From a virus (Duplodnaviria > Caudoviricetes): a stretch of 41,041 bases of DNA. This document shows positions 37,861 through 41,041 of this stretch, one piece after another. The stretch is taken from IMG/VR virus record IMGVR_UViG_3300034128_000004, positions 1-41,041 of that record. One strand, 5' to 3'. The notes below the pieces were generated by a model. The model saw only the letters and a list, made by a program, of their open reading frames with translations. It was not told where the DNA came from and did no database searches. Each line of letters opens with the position of its first letter. Positions within the stretch are counted from its first letter, which is position 1. The position numbers and the translations under genes were made by a program.

Positions 37861-38282
37861 GCGTAATTGCCGCGGTGAAAACCTTCCTACTCACTTACGA
37901 TGGTCTTGCTGATGACGCGGGCTTTTTGGTTGATGTGGTTGGCAAGACTCCTACTCAGTATGCACTCGCTCCCCTTCCGGGCAATCCGATCATCGAAACC
38001 TATGTCAACGGAAAGACTCTGAGACAATTCCCGTTTGCATTGCAAAGTCAAGAATCTATTGTTGACGAAGCCGCGAGGATTGCAAACTATGAATTTTATG
38101 AGGACTTCGCCGCGTGGATTGAAGAGGAGAACGAAACAGGATCATTGCCCATTTTGGACGCGGGCAAATCACCTGAAAGTATTGAGGTGCTAGGACAACC
38201 AATCCTTTTTGAGTTTGGCGAGAGTGGCACAGGGATATATCAAATCCAATGCAGACTAACCTATCAACAAGCCGCTCCATAA
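37857..38282 (+). CDS. Tail terminator-like protein
   Basis: YQIQCRLTY C-terminus; synteny. Confidence 0.65.
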   Translation: MSVIAAVKTFLLTYDGLADDAGFLVDVVGKTPTQYALAPLPGNPIIETYVNGKTLRQFPFALQSQESIVDEAARIANYEFYEDFAAWIEEENETGSLPILDAGKSPESIEVLGQPILFEFGESGTGIYQIQCRLTYQQAAP

Positions 38283-38935
38283 CGCGGGACCTTGCACAGT
38301 TTCACAATGTCCATCAGGGACAAACTTGTTTGCTTGTTGGCAATGGTCCAAACCTGCCTCTCACGCCTCCGCAATGGTTCAACTATCCCGCGTTCGGGAT
38401 GAACACAATTCATCTGTACCAGGATTGGAAACCAACCTATTATGCCGCGGTAGATGTGCGGCTCATGCAGGAGCACGGCGCGGATGTTATGGCACGGTTT
38501 GCAGACATTCCGAAGTTTGTTCCTACGCCAAATCTCGACAAGTGGCAAGGTGCAAACTTCCATCGTTTCTTTTTCCGTCATGGTCCTGTGTGGCGAAAAG
38601 ACCAAGGCCGTATTTGGAACCCTGACGCGCTGGAAAGAAACATTCAATATTCAAGCGTGATGCATGTAGTAATGCAGATGGCTTTTTACATGGGATTCAC
38701 AACTTTGTTGATCATCGGGATGCAACACAAACCCGGATATGCACCATATCACTTTTGGGGGCATGACCCCAAGATGGGCATAACAGACCGATTGCAGAGT
38801 TGGATTGATGGATATGAGCAGTTGGTTATTGACATGCGCGAACGTGGTGTGAAGGTTATCAATATTTCCTCAGATACCTATGTGTCTGAAAACATAATTC
38901 CCCGTGGCAATCCGCGGGATTGGAAAAACAATTAA
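38249..38935 (+). CDS. Maf / sialyltransferase-like (DUF115/CST-type) glycosyltransferase
   Basis: CLLVGNGPNL, FGMNTI, PTYYAAVD, QMAFYMGFTTLLIIGMQH. Confidence 0.7.
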   Translation: MQTNLSTSRSITRDLAQFHNVHQGQTCLLVGNGPNLPLTPPQWFNYPAFGMNTIHLYQDWKPTYYAAVDVRLMQEHGADVMARFADIPKFVPTPNLDKWQGANFHRFFFRHGPVWRKDQGRIWNPDALERNIQYSSVMHVVMQMAFYMGFTTLLIIGMQHKPGYAPYHFWGHDPKMGITDRLQSWIDGYEQLVIDMRERGVKVINISSDTYVSENIIPRGNPRDWKNN

Positions 38936-38947
38936 GGAGTCAATGCA

Positions 38948-39436
38948 ATGGCAAAAGTAAAACGTTCTGAATTTGCTTTATTTCTGGACACGACCCCGGC
39001 GGTTACAGCCGCAACTTGGAGCAGAGTAGGCGAAGGTGTGACAACCGGACTCTTGAACTACAACCCAGAAGTGACCACGGAAACATACATCCACGAGGAC
39101 ACAGGCACAACCACGTTGGAACGATACGCGCCGAACATGCCGCTTGAAGCTCAGTGCATCAACACGGACGCAATCTTTGAGTTTATCGATAATCTACGTC
39201 GCACCCGTGCCGTGGGAAGTGCCGCTGAAACTGATGCTCTTTTGGTGTACCTCTACGAAACACCAACAAGCACAGACAAATACCCGGCTGAGCTGCAGCC
39301 CGTGACAATCCAAATCGATTCATTCGGCGGCGATGGCGGCGCGACCAATCGGATCAACTTCACGATTGGTTTCCGTGGTGACCCAACGTTGGGCACGTAT
39401 GACGTAAGCTCCAACGCATTTACTGCAACCCCGTGA
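38948..39436 (+). CDS. Major tail tube protein
   Basis: YNPEVTTETYIHED, ERYAP, GDPTLGT; AAGGAG RBS. Confidence 0.8.
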   Translation: MAKVKRSEFALFLDTTPAVTAATWSRVGEGVTTGLLNYNPEVTTETYIHEDTGTTTLERYAPNMPLEAQCINTDAIFEFIDNLRRTRAVGSAAETDALLVYLYETPTSTDKYPAELQPVTIQIDSFGGDGGATNRINFTIGFRGDPTLGTYDVSSNAFTATP

Positions 39437-39437
39437 C

Positions 39438-39467
39438 AAAAGGCCCACTCTCACGGGTGGGCTTTTT
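39438..39467 (+). terminator. Intrinsic terminator
   Basis: GCCCACTC-tcac-GGGTGGGC-TTTTT. Confidence 0.75.
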
Positions 39468-39477
39468 ATAAGGTGCT

Positions 39478-39909
39478 ATGGACTCTCTCAACATCTCCAC
39501 TGGTGATAAACACATTGCAATCATGCGTGACGGCGCGTCCGTTGGTGAGCTTATCTTCAACCCTGCTGATGTGGTGTTTGCCGAAAAGTTTTACCGCTTG
39601 TACGGTGACATCCACATTCAATTTACTCAGTATCAACAACGTGCGCGGGCGTTGGAAACCAACGGCAAAAAGGACATCAACGAACTGCCTGATAATTTGG
39701 GCGAACGAATTGCACTCGCAAAAGAAGCATGTACGTTTGCCTACGAACAGATTGATATTCTTTTCGGCGTTGGTACAAGTGCAATGGTGTTCGGTGACAC
39801 GTATCTTGTCACGGCGATTGAACAATTTCTAAAAGGTGTTCAGCCGCATATTCAAACCGCACGCGCTGAGAAGATTCAGAAATACACCAACGGGAAACGC
39901 AAGCGGTGA
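39478..39909 (+). CDS. Tail assembly chaperone
   Basis: FNPAD...IDILFG; between tail tube and Gp15-like gene. Confidence 0.7.
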   Translation: MDSLNISTGDKHIAIMRDGASVGELIFNPADVVFAEKFYRLYGDIHIQFTQYQQRARALETNGKKDINELPDNLGERIALAKEACTFAYEQIDILFGVGTSAMVFGDTYLVTAIEQFLKGVQPHIQTARAEKIQKYTNGKRKR

Positions 39910-40493
39910 ATATTCTCACCGATGCCCTACCGGAAACGATCACAAGCACCAATACTGAGTATAAGATTGACTCAGACTTTAGAACCTGCTTGAAAATCAT
40001 TCTTGCGTTTGAAGATCCCGAATTGACGCCTCAGGAAAAGCAAGTAGTTTTACTCAGTATGTTGTTTATGGACATCCCGCCAAATGTGGAAGATGCAATC
40101 AAAGGTGCTATGTGGTTTCTGAATGGCGGCGCAATCAGTGAGAACGAAGATACACCGATGCGACTGTATAGTTTCGCCAAGGATGCAAATTTCATCTTTG
40201 CCGCATTCAGGCAAACGCACGGTATAGACCTGCAAACCGCCAATCTCCACTGGTGGGAATTTCTAGCTTTGTTTATGGACCTTGGGCAGGACACTACCTT
40301 TTGTCAGCTCACGGCACTTCGCAAAAGGTTGAAAACTGGCAAAGCATCAAAAGAAGAAATGCAAGCGGCGAGAGAAAATCCCGAATTGATAGATGTTCCC
40401 GATGTGGATACTCGCAGCTTGGAAGAAAAAGAAATTGCATCTGACTTTATACGCAAGGTTGAACGGGCGCGATTGAAAAGGAATCAAACCTAA
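39906..40493 (+). CDS. Gp15-family tail protein
   Basis: IDSDFR, YSFAKDANFIFAAFRQTHGIDL, LHWWEFLALF. Confidence 0.8.
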   Translation: MNILTDALPETITSTNTEYKIDSDFRTCLKIILAFEDPELTPQEKQVVLLSMLFMDIPPNVEDAIKGAMWFLNGGAISENEDTPMRLYSFAKDANFIFAAFRQTHGIDLQTANLHWWEFLALFMDLGQDTTFCQLTALRKRLKTGKASKEEMQAARENPELIDVPDVDTRSLEEKEIASDFIRKVERARLKRNQT

Positions 40494-41041
40494 TGGCAGG
40501 CATAACTACCGGCGCGGATGGATCCATTCACATATCGACAAAGATTGACACACTTGGAATCAATCAGGGAACAAAGCAGATTGCCAAACAGGTTGAAAAG
40601 GTTGGACAAACTGCTTCCAAGGTTGGACAAACCACATCCAAAGCCGCACAAACCGCCATAAAGCCGTGGCAAGGGTTATCGAAGTCCCTTGGTAGTGTCT
40701 TGAATATTATCAAGGGTATTGGCGCGGCGATGGTTGCGGCGTTTGTGGGCGGCACGATCATCAACGCTATTCGCGGCGTTGTGCAGGAGTTTGATTTACT
40801 CACTGGCTCTTCTGGTGAAAAATTCAAAGCGTTGTCAGGTGCAATAGACACGCTCAAAGGCTCATTTGTCAATTTGATTGTGCAGGCGTTTGTGCCTCTT
40901 ATTCCCTTTATCATTGATTTCATAAACAAGATCACAGAAGCGTTTCAATGGGTAACTCAACTTATCGCTGCTATATTCGGATTTGAATCTACCGTTGGCG
41001 GCATTATGACCAAAGCCGCAAGCGGTGCCAAGAAAGCCGCG
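40493..41041 (+). CDS. Tape measure protein, N-terminal part (continues across the junction)
   Basis: MAGITTGADGSIHISTKIDT...; open to the window end and in frame with 2..1189. Confidence 0.85.
   Translation, partial: MAGITTGADGSIHISTKIDTLGINQGTKQIAKQVEKVGQTASKVGQTTSKAAQTAIKPWQGLSKSLGSVLNIIKGIGAAMVAAFVGGTIINAIRGVVQEFDLLTGSSGEKFKALSGAIDTLKGSFVNLIVQAFVPLIPFIIDFINKITEAFQWVTQLIAAIFGFESTVGGIMTKAASGAKKAA
41017..41041. repeat. Terminal direct repeat, copy 2
   Basis: Identical to 1-25. Confidence 0.95.

Larger units (their letters stand above)
1223..40059. repeat. Dispersed highly iterated motif TACT[C/G]AGTA (at least 43 copies)
   Basis: Counted by eye; coordinates are listed in the findings. Confidence 0.92.
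1..41016. mobile_element. Complete temperate siphovirus genome
   Basis: Circular overlap, intact attP, integrase, repressor, replication, packaging, head and tail modules. Confidence 0.92.

Noticed and set aside
39892-39898. GGGAAAC as tail-chaperone -1 frameshift site
   Set aside because: It reads GGG-AAA-C in the chaperone frame, not the X-XXY-YYZ register, and the downstream gene has its own coupled GTG start
1223-40059. Iterated motif as CRISPR array, REP or MITE
   Set aside because: Copies are only 9-19 bp, irregularly spaced, mostly in frame inside intact genes, with no spacers or target duplications
40598-40643. 21-bp-period tandem repeat AAGGTTGGACAAAC in TMP
   Set aside because: Ordinary duplication of a 7-aa unit (KVGQT) in a tape measure gene

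Overview
This window is an apparently complete, circularly permuted temperate siphovirus genome of 41,016 bp. The last 25 nt repeat the first 25, and the tape-measure gene reads in frame across that junction. Modules in order: tail tip (1-4.5 kb); tyrosine integrase with an attP matching the 3' half of tRNA-Arg(CCG); an XRE repressor / ribbon-helix-helix switch; recombination genes (ERCC4 nuclease, RecT-like); two J-domain proteins plus a vWA protein; a D5 helicase and Prim-Pol flanking a 19-bp inverted repeat; a membrane-protein cluster; endonuclease VII; a LuxR-type HTH; an HD-GYP phosphodiesterase; terminase; a 5-kb accessory cassette; and A118/SPP1-like head and tail genes with an inserted Maf/sialyltransferase-like gene. 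I could not recognise an endolysin. The host is possibly Chloroflexota (inference from protein style only). The most striking unexplained signal is the near-palindrome TACT[C/G]AGTA (oriented consensus TACTCAGTAT). I counted 43 exact copies by eye against about 0.4 expected. They are spread genome-wide, in both orientations and all three reading frames, which points to a genome-scale DNA-level code. All product calls come from motif recognition, not database searches.
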